From Minisyncoccota bacterium (GTDB lineage: Bacteria; Patescibacteriota; Minisyncoccia; Minisyncoccales; PEYH01), in NCBI GenBank assembly GCA_028713795.1, contig JAQTNP010000001.1, forward strand, positions 1 through 28,440: a DNA stretch of 28,440 bases, in the 5' to 3' direction. Within the stretch, counting starts at the first letter, position 1; each line of letters starts with the position of its first letter. Positions 8,202 through 15,922 of the stretch are shown here, piece by piece. The position numbers were made by a program, and so were the translations under genes. The notes under the pieces were generated by a model. That model was given only the letters and a program-made list of their open reading frames with translations. It did no database searches and had not been told where the DNA came from.

Positions 8202-8230
8202 TTTGTATCTCTTAATGCACATTTAGTCAA
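8202..8230 (-). promoter_or_regulatory. Putative sigma70 promoter for the structured RNA/HTH unit
   Basis: TTGACT (8230-8225), 17 nt, TACAAA (8207-8202). Predicted +1 near 8195 coincides with the start of the first hairpin. Confidence 0.5.
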
Positions 8231-8234
8231 GACC

Positions 8235-8257
8235 AAAAAAGCGCTTTCGCGCTTTTT
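8235..8257. terminator. Bidirectional intrinsic terminator ending the alpha/rplM-rpsI transcript
   Basis: Minus strand AAAAAGCGC-GAAA-GCGCTTTTTT just after the rpsI stop; GNRA loop, with a T-tract on each strand. Confidence 0.85.
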
Positions 8258-8263
8258 CTCTCT

Positions 8264-8794
8264 CTACCTCTTTGCCCATTGCGGGGCGCGCCTTGCTCTT
8301 TTTAATCCGAATTTCTTTCTTTCTCTCTGTCTTGGATCTCTTGTAAGAAATCCAGCCCTCTTTAATCTCTTTCTAAAATCAGCGTTAAATTTGACTAAAG
8401 TCCTTGATATCCCGTGCCTTATTGCTTCTGATTGGGAATTTAATCCTCCTCCTTTTACTATTACAGTTACCCCGAATTTATCCAAAACATTCATTTTCTC
8501 CAAAGGATCCATTATCTTTTTCTGCATCAGAGTTGAAGGAAAATATTCTGCTAATGTTTTTCCATTAACGCTCACTTTTTTATCCCCCTTGGCATATATC
8601 CTTACTCTGGCGATAGAAGTTTTTCTTCTTCCTACTGCTTCAAGATATTCTCCAGATAGTTTTGCTTCGGCAATCTTAACAACAGGTTTTTCAATCTTTT
8701 TAACGGGTTTTTTAGGAGCAACCTTTTTAACAGTTTTTTTTACAGCTGTTTTTTTAGGTTTCTCTTCTGTTTTTTTTGCTGTTTTAGTAACCAT
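8264..8794 (-). CDS. rpsI: 30S ribosomal protein S9 with Lys-rich N-terminal extension
   Basis: AVGRRKTSIARV, GGGLNSQSEAIRHGISR, LTRDPR.RERKKFGLKRARRAPQWAKR. Confidence 0.97.
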   Translation of the reverse strand: MVTKTAKKTEEKPKKTAVKKTVKKVAPKKPVKKIEKPVVKIAEAKLSGEYLEAVGRRKTSIARVRIYAKGDKKVSVNGKTLAEYFPSTLMQKKIMDPLEKMNVLDKFGVTVIVKGGGLNSQSEAIRHGISRTLVKFNADFRKRLKRAGFLTRDPRQRERKKFGLKRARRAPQWAKR

Positions 8795-8796
8795 AG

Positions 8797-9153
8797 TTAT
8801 TTCTCAATTTTTAAACGTTTCATCATTCTTGCCTGAAGCTTGTTTTTTGGCAACATTCTGGAAACAGCCAAAAACAAAACTTTTTCAGGGCTTTTTTCAA
8901 AAAGTTTTTCCAAAGTAATACTTTTCATTCCTCCCGGATATCCGGAATAGTGAAAATATTTTTTGACTTTTTCTTTAGTCCCAGTAAATTTTATCTGGTC
9001 AAAATTCTTTACAATAACGTTATCCCCAGCATCCAAATGCGGCTGATAGTCAGTTTTGTGTTTCCCCTGCAAAAGCAAAGCAATCTTTGTAGCCATTCTG
9101 CCCAAAGACATTCCTTTTGCATCTATAGTATGTGTTTCTCTTTTTATCTCCAT
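8797..9153 (-). CDS. rplM: 50S ribosomal protein L13 (short)
   Basis: IDA...LGR.A..IA..LQGKHK..Y.PH.D.GD, HYSGYPGG, MLPKNKL. Confidence 0.96.
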   Translation of the reverse strand: MEIKRETHTIDAKGMSLGRMATKIALLLQGKHKTDYQPHLDAGDNVIVKNFDQIKFTGTKEKVKKYFHYSGYPGGMKSITLEKLFEKSPEKVLFLAVSRMLPKNKLQARMMKRLKIEK

Positions 9154-9154
9154 A

Positions 9155-9505
9155 TTATTTCACTAATTCAATGATTGCCATTCTGGCAGCATCTCCTCTT
9201 CTATTGGCAATCTTTAATATTCTTGTATATCCGCCTTTCCTCTCTTTATACATAGGAGCGACAACTTCCATTAATTTCTTTACGGTTTTGTAAGAAAGCT
9301 TTTGCTGCAATAATCTTTTTGTAGCCAGATCTCCTTTTTTAGCCTTAGTAATCATTTTTTCTGCAAACACAGAAAGCTCTTTAGCTTTAGCTTGAGTCGT
9401 GGTAATCCTTTCTTTCATTATCAAAGCAGTAACTAAGCTTTTAATTAAAGCTTTTCTTTGATCTGTCTCCCTATTAAATTTTCTTCCTTTTTTTCTTTTA
9501 TTCAT
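9155..9505 (-). CDS. rplQ: 50S ribosomal protein L17
   Basis: ERITTTQAKAKE, R.GGYTRILK...RRGDAA.MAIIELV. Confidence 0.97.
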   Translation of the reverse strand: MNKRKKGRKFNRETDQRKALIKSLVTALIMKERITTTQAKAKELSVFAEKMITKAKKGDLATKRLLQQKLSYKTVKKLMEVVAPMYKERKGGYTRILKIANRRGDAARMAIIELVK

Positions 9506-9508
9506 ATC

Positions 9509-10456
9509 CTACTCAGCTTTTAATTCTAATCCTAATTTCTTTAATGATTTTTTAATCTCCTTTATCCCTTTATCTCCCAGACCCTCTAATTCCAGCAGGC
9601 TGCTTTCTGATTTCTTGGCTAATCCGGCAGCTGTTTTAATGTGTCCGGCAGTTAAGGCATTTACAGTTCTAGTAGAAAGCTTCATATCTTCTACCAATAC
9701 TTCAGCAGCATCGATTTCTGGTTTTTCTTCTTCTGTTTTTTCTATCTTTTTGGGCTTGTCTGTTTCAGCTAATTCTTTGATTCCATTGTCTATTACAGAA
9801 AAATGGTCTAATAGCAATTTGTTTGCTTCCATTAAAGCATTTTCCGGCTGTATTGTTCCGTCTGTTTCGATTTCAATGAATAATTTATCAAAATCAGTTC
9901 TCTGTCCTACCCTCATATTTTCTACTCTATAGCTGACATTCCTGACTGGAGTGAATATAGCATCTAAAGATATTTCTCCTATCTCTAGTTTTTCTGACTC
10001 CCTTGCTTCTTTTGGCTCATATCCTACTCCTTTTCTGACAACTATCTCCATTTCTAATTCAGCTGTTTTACTGGTCAGAGTAGCAATTTTTTGATCTTTA
10101 TTAATCAATTCCAAATCAGTAGGTAAAACAAAATCTTTTCCTGTAACTTCTTTGGCTCCTTTTACCTTCAGGATTGCCTTAATCGGCTCTTCAGAAAAAT
10201 TCTTGAATCTTAATTTCTTTAAATTAAGGCAGATGTGGATTATATCTTCCATCACTCCGGGAATTGTTGAAAATTCATGGCTTACTCCTTTGAATTTTAC
10301 ATCAGTAATCGCCGCTCCTTTTAAAGAAGAAAGCAATACTCTTCTTAAAGGATTGCCGACTGTAAAACCATAGCCAGGGTAAAGACCCTCTATGGTGAAT
10401 TCAGCATAGTTATCTTTTTTTACAATGAGTTTTAAGGAAGATGGTAAAGGTATCAT
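9509..10456 (-). CDS. rpoA: RNA polymerase alpha subunit
   Basis: GYGFTVGNPLRRVLLSSL.GAAI, HEFSTIPGVMED, DAIFTPV, alpha-CTD LSTRTVNAL...GLGDKGIKEI. Confidence 0.97.
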   Translation of the reverse strand: MIPLPSSLKLIVKKDNYAEFTIEGLYPGYGFTVGNPLRRVLLSSLKGAAITDVKFKGVSHEFSTIPGVMEDIIHICLNLKKLRFKNFSEEPIKAILKVKGAKEVTGKDFVLPTDLELINKDQKIATLTSKTAELEMEIVVRKGVGYEPKEARESEKLEIGEISLDAIFTPVRNVSYRVENMRVGQRTDFDKLFIEIETDGTIQPENALMEANKLLLDHFSVIDNGIKELAETDKPKKIEKTEEEKPEIDAAEVLVEDMKLSTRTVNALTAGHIKTAAGLAKKSESSLLELEGLGDKGIKEIKKSLKKLGLELKAE

Positions 10457-10474
10457 GCCTTTTAAACATTTAAT

Positions 10475-11119
10475 TTATTTTGAATAAAATTCGAATATTG
10501 CCTGTATCTCTGCTGGAGGCGCGGCAATATCGACTGTTGGATATCCGATTACTTCCGCTTCTATCTTTTCAGGATCTAATTTCAGCCAAAGCGGAAGCTG
10601 AATTTTCTTTAATGTAGCTGATAATTCTTTGAAGTTTCCTTTATTTAAAGAAGATGGCCTTACTGTAATTTTATCCCCTACTTTTAAGGTAAAACTGGGG
10701 ATATCAATTGCTTTCCCGTTTACAAAGAAATGTCCATGGGAAACCAATTGCCTTGATTTGGTTCTAGAAGAACCGATTCCTAATCTGTAAATAGCATTAT
10801 CAAGCCTCATTTCCAAACTTTTAACTAAGGCCTCTTGGGCATCTCCCATCTGGCTTTTACCTCCTCTTGATTTTTCCAAGACAGCAATAACATAGTTCTT
10901 GAATTGCTTTTCAGAAAGATTATACCAATTTTTCAATCTTTGTTTCTCTTTTAATTGCCTTCCGTATTCTGAAAGCCCGCCAAGTCTCCTCTTGCCTTTT
11001 ATACCAGGAGGATATGGTTTTACAACCATAGGGCATTTGGCAGTATTGCATTTCTCTCCTTTTAAAAATAATTTCTTGCCAGCCCTTCTACAAATTTTAC
11101 ATTTAGGTCTTTTTTCCAT
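10475..11119 (-). CDS. rpsD: 30S ribosomal protein S4 (zinc-binding type)
   Basis: CKICRR...LFLKGEKC...KC, SEYG.QL.EKQ, LE.RLDN..YRLG, RQLVSHGH. Confidence 0.97.
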   Translation of the reverse strand: MEKRPKCKICRRAGKKLFLKGEKCNTAKCPMVVKPYPPGIKGKRRLGGLSEYGRQLKEKQRLKNWYNLSEKQFKNYVIAVLEKSRGGKSQMGDAQEALVKSLEMRLDNAIYRLGIGSSRTKSRQLVSHGHFFVNGKAIDIPSFTLKVGDKITVRPSSLNKGNFKELSATLKKIQLPLWLKLDPEKIEAEVIGYPTVDIAAPPAEIQAIFEFYSK

Positions 11120-11122
11120 AGA

Positions 11123-11581
11123 TTAAATTCTTCTTGGTTTTTTACGCTTGCAGCCGTTATGAGGAACAGGAGTAGCATCTATAATAGAAACAATATTTAC
11201 TCCCTGCCCTGCCAAAGCCCTTAAAGCAGATTCTCTTCCGCTTCCAATTCCTTTAATTTTCACTCCTACTTCTTCTATCCTGAATTTCTCAATTGCCTGA
11301 GTTAATACTTCGGCAGCTTTAGCTGCAGCATATGGCGTTCCCTTTTTGGTTCCTTTGAAACCAATCTTTCCAGAGCTAGCCCAACTTAAAACATTTCCAT
11401 TAGCATCGGCCAAAGTCAGGATTGTATTATTATATGTAGAAGAAATAGTAATCAGGCCTTTTTTAATCTGTTTGGCCGTTACTGAAGCCTTGCTTTCTGC
11501 CTTATGTATCTTTGACTCTACTTCTTCTGTTTCTTTCAAAGCTTCCTCTTGTGTTTGTTTTATGACTTTTTTCTTTCCCAT
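11123..11581 (-). CDS. rpsK: 30S ribosomal protein S11 with N-terminal extension
   Basis: STYNNTI, GFKGTKKGTPYAA, GIGSGRESA, TPVPHNGC. Start moved to ATG 11581; the track start (TTG 11623) lies inside rpsM. Confidence 0.95.
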   Translation of the reverse strand: MGKKKVIKQTQEEALKETEEVESKIHKAESKASVTAKQIKKGLITISSTYNNTILTLADANGNVLSWASSGKIGFKGTKKGTPYAAAKAAEVLTQAIEKFRIEEVGVKIKGIGSGRESALRALAGQGVNIVSIIDATPVPHNGCKRKKPRRI

Positions 11582-11585
11582 ATTA

Positions 11586-11975
11586 TTATGTTGGCCCTGG
11601 AGCAGCTTTTCTGCCAGATCCAACTGTTTTTCTTAAATTACCCCTGATTGTTCTAGAATTAACCCTAGTGGTCTGACCTCTTACAGGCAAACCTCTGGCA
11701 TGCCTATGACCCCTCCAGCATCCTATCTCTTTTAATCTCTTGATAGAAATCATTTTCTCTTTTCTTAAATCTCCTTCTACTTTGTAGCTCTTGTTGATTA
11801 GCTGCTGAATAATGCTTACCTCGTCATTGGTTAAATCCCCTGCCTTTTTAGCAGGATCTATTTTAGCAGTTTCCAGTATTTTTTTACTCAAGCTGTCTCC
11901 TATTCCGTAAATGTATGAAAGCGCTATTATTATTTGTTTGTTATTGGGAAGGTTTACCCCTGATATTCTAGCCAT
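11586..11975 (-). CDS. rpsM: 30S ribosomal protein S13
   Basis: MARISGVNLP, ALSYIYGIG, RH.RGLPVRGQTTRVNSRT. Confidence 0.97.
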   Translation of the reverse strand: MARISGVNLPNNKQIIIALSYIYGIGDSLSKKILETAKIDPAKKAGDLTNDEVSIIQQLINKSYKVEGDLRKEKMISIKRLKEIGCWRGHRHARGLPVRGQTTRVNSRTIRGNLRKTVGSGRKAAPGPT

Positions 11976-11981
11976 ATATGT

Positions 11982-12098
11982 CTATTTTCCTTGTCTTTGT
12001 TTATGTTTTGGATTTTCACAGATTACAAAAATGCGGCCTTTTCTTTTTACCGTTTTGCACTTCTTGCATATTTTTTTAACGGATGGTTTTACTTTCAT
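11982..12098 (-). CDS. rpmJ: 50S ribosomal protein L36 (zinc-ribbon type), 38 aa
   Basis: Below the ORF-track cutoff; translated by hand as [42 protein letters not shown] overlap with infA. Confidence 0.96.
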   Translation of the reverse strand: MKVKPSVKKICKKCKTVKRKGRIFVICENPKHKQRQGK

Positions 12099-12316
12099 CT
12101 TTTTCTGAAGATTATTCTTCCTCTTTCGTCATTAGGCGTCGGCATTTCTACTGTTACCTTGTCTCCTGGCAGAATCTTAATCTTAAACATTCTTAATTTT
12201 CCAGCCAAATGCGCCAGCACTTCCCGGCCATCGTTTAGCCTAACTTTAAAAGTCGTGCTTGGCAAGGCTTCAGTAATGATACCGTCGCTTTTATATGTTG
12301 CTTTTTTTTCTGACAT
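12095..12316 (-). CDS. infA: Translation initiation factor IF-1
   Basis: [41 protein letters not shown]. Confidence 0.96.
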   Translation of the reverse strand: MSEKKATYKSDGIITEALPSTTFKVRLNDGREVLAHLAGKLRMFKIKILPGDKVTVEMPTPNDERGRIIFRKR

Positions 12317-12332
12317 TAAGTATTTTATCTTA

Positions 12333-12387
12333 TATCAGATATCTCTGATAATATCAATATTCTAGCTCAGAGTCAAGAATTAGTCAA
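12333..12387 (-). promoter_or_regulatory. Two staggered sigma70 promoters plus an 18-bp palindrome upstream of infA
   Basis: TTGACT (12387-12382)-17-TAGAAT (12364-12359) and TTGACT (12376-12371)-17-TATTAT (12353-12348, extended TG). Inverted repeat TATCAGA-N4-TCTGATA at 12333-12350. Confidence 0.7.
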
Positions 12388-13630
12388 ATCTTACCTCTAT
12401 TTCTATCTGCTCGGCATCCCCGGAAGCCCTTCCGGCAAAAAACGGGCTGAAATTGACCTTTGGCTCTGTTTTCATGTCCTGATACATTTCTAAAATGTAT
12501 CTTTTGATATTACTGGCTTTCTGGTTTTTCACCACTTCTTTTATCGCTGCTAAATCTATAGAAGGGTACATTTCCAAAGAAAAGGAAATGTTGAGAGTTA
12601 TGCTTTCTGTGGCATCAACAATAGATTCTAAGGTTTTTATATTAGCGCTTCCCTCTTTAATATCCTGCTGGGCAAATTGCTGGGAAATTATAAACTTATT
12701 AATCACAGCAAGCAAATCGTCTTTTTTAACAGCCAATATATTGCCTTTTAATTTCATCTGATATATGAAAGTGCTCTTTTCCTGCCCTACTTTCACATCA
12801 ACGGGATCAGATTCTAGAATCTCTGTTCCTATTGTTTTTTCCAAAACAACATATTCTTCTCCAGCCATTGTTTTTAATTCTTTCAAACCGCTATCTTCGG
12901 CTATTAATTTCAGCTCATCCTCGGCCGCATCTAAATCATCCTGGGTTACTATCTTTACTTCTCCTGTAGAACCGCCCTCCATTTTATCTAAAGATTTTCC
13001 TGTAACACTGGAATACAACTGCTGGGGAGAATAGTTTCTCAATCCAGGTATAGAAAAGGTGCAGGGATCAATATTATAATCAGATCCTGCTTCAGCAGCA
13101 ACCACTTTTACATCAACACTCCCTCCGGCCGGAACAGTAAATCCTTTTTTGGCTAGAAACATCTTAGTCGGGCTTGAAGAAGACAAAAATCTTGTATTGG
13201 CAATCAAAGTTACTGGCTTTGTATATTTATTGGTAACCTTTATTACCCCCTCTGCTTTAGTTTCCACGCTGGAATGGGTTGTCTGGAATTCTTCAGAAAC
13301 GATAAATTCCTTTTCCAAAATTTTTGCAGGCACTGTCTTATTCTCAAAATCAATTTCTGCTAGATCCTTTTTAGCATTTAAAGATATTTCTGAATCAAAA
13401 GGTTCTGTCTGAGGATATATGGTAACCTTGGTATGGCTGGCTTTAAGCAACCTGGTTCCCAAAAACAAAAGAGTCAAAATAACAAAAAAAGAAAATATGA
13501 CTTTTGGTATCAATGTCTTTTTGTTCCTTTCCTTTTTGTGCTTTTTATAAGAAGAATCTTCAACAGATTTCTTATCCGGTTTTTCTACGTGTTTTCTTAC
13601 GGGTTTTAAATCATACAGCTTAAAAGGCAT
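12380..13630 (-). CDS. Membrane-anchored protein with baseplate J/gp47-like domain, function unknown
   Basis: Basic N-terminus, one TM helix (IPKVIFSFFVILTLLFLG), then A.G.I.V.N, F...K.FTVPAG, V.V.A.EAG.DYNI, GGST..V..VT..D. I recognise these as baseplate-J-like motifs from recall, not from a search. Start moved from TTG 13642 to ATG 13630. Confidence 0.65.
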   Translation of the reverse strand: MPFKLYDLKPVRKHVEKPDKKSVEDSSYKKHKKERNKKTLIPKVIFSFFVILTLLFLGTRLLKASHTKVTIYPQTEPFDSEISLNAKKDLAEIDFENKTVPAKILEKEFIVSEEFQTTHSSVETKAEGVIKVTNKYTKPVTLIANTRFLSSSSPTKMFLAKKGFTVPAGGSVDVKVVAAEAGSDYNIDPCTFSIPGLRNYSPQQLYSSVTGKSLDKMEGGSTGEVKIVTQDDLDAAEDELKLIAEDSGLKELKTMAGEEYVVLEKTIGTEILESDPVDVKVGQEKSTFIYQMKLKGNILAVKKDDLLAVINKFIISQQFAQQDIKEGSANIKTLESIVDATESITLNISFSLEMYPSIDLAAIKEVVKNQKASNIKRYILEMYQDMKTEPKVNFSPFFAGRASGDAEQIEIEVRFD

Positions 13631-13635
13631 ATGTA

Positions 13636-15396
13636 TTAACAATTATTTAATTTTATCTTTATGCGCCTAACTCCGACGCCAACAGCTTCTTCTTTTAATA
13701 TCTTAACACACTTTAATTCAGATATGTTATCCACATGAGGACCAGCGCATATCTCTTTTGAAAAATTACCGATAGAATATACATTTACAATCTCTGGGTA
13801 TTTCTCTTTAAAGAATGCCAAAGCTCCTGATTTGATTGCATCCTCATATTTCATTTCTTCTTTTTTCATTTCCAATCCTTCTTTAATCTTTTCATTGATT
13901 AAATTCTCAATCTTTTCTAATTCTTCTTTTTCCAGTTTTCTTTTAAAAGAAAAATCAAAACGTAATCTTTCAGGATTGATATCTGATCCCATTTGTTTTA
14001 CTTCTTCTCCTAAAATCTGCCTTAAAGCCTGATGCAAAAGATGGGTGGCGGTGTGTAGTTTTGTCATTTCTTTTCTATCCTTTTCATCTAAAACTATATC
14101 AATACCCAATCCTCCGAATTTTTTCTGGGCTCCTGCGCGAGAGATTTCTTGATGTTTCTTTTGTAAATCATCAAATTCTTTTAAATCAACATTAATATTT
14201 TTTTCTTTTGCTAATTCAATAGTCAATTCTATCGGAAAACCATATGATTCATATAGATAGAAGGCTTTTTCTGAATTAATAAAAGAAAGCTTTTCAAATT
14301 CTTTCAATCCTTTTTCCAATGTTTTCTCGAATTTAAGCTTTTCTTCGTCAATTACAGAAATTATTCTTTCTTTGCCTGCAATAATTTCTGGATAGATATC
14401 CTCATATATATCAAATATTTTTTCAAGAATTGAATTAAAATCTTTTAATCCGATATTTTTTGCATGTCTTATGGCTCTTCTTAATATTCTTCTTAATATG
14501 TATTCCCTATCATTTTTCCCGGGAAGAATTCCAGCTTCAATTAGAAACATTGCCGACTTTAGATGATCAGCAATAATTCTAAAAGAAGATTGGAAATCTT
14601 CATATTTTTTCCCGGAAACCTTTTCAATCTCTTTAATTATCCCATCAAACAGATCTGTCTCAAAAAGGATTGTCTTGCCCTGTAAGGCCATACAAAGGCG
14701 TTCTAGGCCCATTCCCGTATCAACTCCGTTCTGTTTTAAAGGAGTTAATTTCTTTCCCTTATCCTGATAGAATTCATTAAAAACAAGATTCCATATCTCT
14801 ACGTATCTTTTGCATGAACAATTAGGCAGGCATTTATCCCCTAAGGAGCAATTAATGCCTGTTAAATCATAATGGATTTCTGTTGTTGGTCCGCAAGGGC
14901 CTTCGTTTCCTGTTGGCCCCCAGAAATTATCTTCCCTTGAAAATCCAATCATCCTATCTTCAGAAATTCCCAATTCCTTCCATATTTTTATCGATTCTTC
15001 ATCTTTTTCTACATCCTTATCCCCTTTAAAATATGTAATCCATATCCTATCCTTTGGAAGTTTTAATGTATCAATTAAAAATTCATATGCGTATTGGATT
15101 GCTTCCTTTTTGAAATATTGTCCAAAAGTAAAATTACCGAGCATTTCAAAAAAAGTAAGATGGTTTACATCTCCCACATTATCAATATCAGAAGTGCGCA
15201 TGCATTTCTGGCATGTTGTAACCATATTCCCATATGGAGATTTTTCTCCCAAGAAATATGGCTTGAATTGCTGCATCCCAGCAGTAGTAAAAAGCACTGA
15301 TTCATCTGTAGGAATTAAAGAAGAGGCCTTCACTTCTTTATGCCCCTTAGATACAAAAAAATCTAAGAATGCTTTTCTCGTATCAAAAGAATTCAT
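13636..15396 (-). CDS. alaS: Alanyl-tRNA synthetase, short form (586 aa, no C-Ala domain)
   Basis: LFTTAGMQQFKP, HLTFFEMLGNF, EIWNLVF, DTGMGLERL, ADHLKS, LYESYGFP, editing motifs HTATHLLH and CAGPH; ends shortly after GVRRI. Confidence 0.96.
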   Translation of the reverse strand: MNSFDTRKAFLDFFVSKGHKEVKASSLIPTDESVLFTTAGMQQFKPYFLGEKSPYGNMVTTCQKCMRTSDIDNVGDVNHLTFFEMLGNFTFGQYFKKEAIQYAYEFLIDTLKLPKDRIWITYFKGDKDVEKDEESIKIWKELGISEDRMIGFSREDNFWGPTGNEGPCGPTTEIHYDLTGINCSLGDKCLPNCSCKRYVEIWNLVFNEFYQDKGKKLTPLKQNGVDTGMGLERLCMALQGKTILFETDLFDGIIKEIEKVSGKKYEDFQSSFRIIADHLKSAMFLIEAGILPGKNDREYILRRILRRAIRHAKNIGLKDFNSILEKIFDIYEDIYPEIIAGKERIISVIDEEKLKFEKTLEKGLKEFEKLSFINSEKAFYLYESYGFPIELTIELAKEKNINVDLKEFDDLQKKHQEISRAGAQKKFGGLGIDIVLDEKDRKEMTKLHTATHLLHQALRQILGEEVKQMGSDINPERLRFDFSFKRKLEKEELEKIENLINEKIKEGLEMKKEEMKYEDAIKSGALAFFKEKYPEIVNVYSIGNFSKEICAGPHVDNISELKCVKILKEEAVGVGVRRIKIKLNNC

Positions 15397-15414
15397 ATAT
15401 CTTAATCTTTATGT

Positions 15415-15423
15415 ATTATATCA
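15415..15423 (-). promoter_or_regulatory. Extended -10 promoter of alaS
   Basis: TGATATAAT with the -10 ending 18 nt upstream of the ATG; no recognisable -35 or SD. Confidence 0.65.
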
Positions 15424-15432
15424 CCTTTTGAT

Positions 15433-15480
15433 AAAAGAAAAAGGCCGCAGCACACACTTCTTACAGTAGCATGCACGGCC
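15433..15480 (-). terminator. Intrinsic terminator of the orphan membrane-protein gene
   Basis: GGCCGTGCATGC...GTGTGCTGCGGCC imperfect stem (G-U pairs on minus) followed by TTTTTCTTTT. Confidence 0.75.
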
Positions 15481-15508
15481 GTCTTTTTCCGAGTTGGATC
15501 TTCGCGCT

Positions 15509-15916
15509 CTAGCGACGCTTCCGATTTGTGTTACGAGCATCGGCTATCTCTTCCTTCCGCTTGTTACGCATTCCCCGATCCCAGAAAAGCAGGAATGCGC
15601 CTCCGATCACGGCAGCTAACGGAATCAGCCATCCTTCAAGGGCGGACTGATGCTTGAAGGCCAGAGATGATGCGATGTAGGCAATGGCTCCCACGTCCAT
15701 CCAGAAAGCGATAAACCAGTATTGATACTTCTTAGCTTTTGCCCAGGCAGTCAATGGCAAGATCCACACCACCAGAATTGCCAAAGCTACCAGCTGATCG
15801 ATGTGATTATGTCGATACAGCCCGTATCCGCTGATCGCGCTAGCGCAAATATAGAAAATGAATCCGAACCAGCGCGCCCTTCTCAGGTCTGCCTTCCAAT
15901 CATAGCTCTTCTTCAC
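15509..15916 (-). CDS. Orphan 4-TM membrane protein (GC-rich), function unknown
   Basis: GTG start 6 nt after SD GAGGAGG (15923-15929), four hydrophobic segments, basic C-tail, and its own terminator. Confidence 0.75.
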   Translation of the reverse strand: MKKSYDWKADLRRARWFGFIFYICASAISGYGLYRHNHIDQLVALAILVVWILPLTAWAKAKKYQYWFIAFWMDVGAIAYIASSLAFKHQSALEGWLIPLAAVIGGAFLLFWDRGMRNKRKEEIADARNTNRKRR

Positions 15917-15922
15917 GATATC

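Noticed and set aside
3837-12097. Recoded genetic code 25 (TGA=Gly) as in Gracilibacteria/Absconditabacteria
   Set aside because: TGA terminates holB (3837) and infA (12095) at the expected lengths in ATGA overlaps.
15433-15508. Integron attC site after the 4-TM gene (ATCCAAC fits RYYYAAC)
   Set aside because: No complementary GTTRRRY end, no integrase, and the stem is better explained as a terminator.
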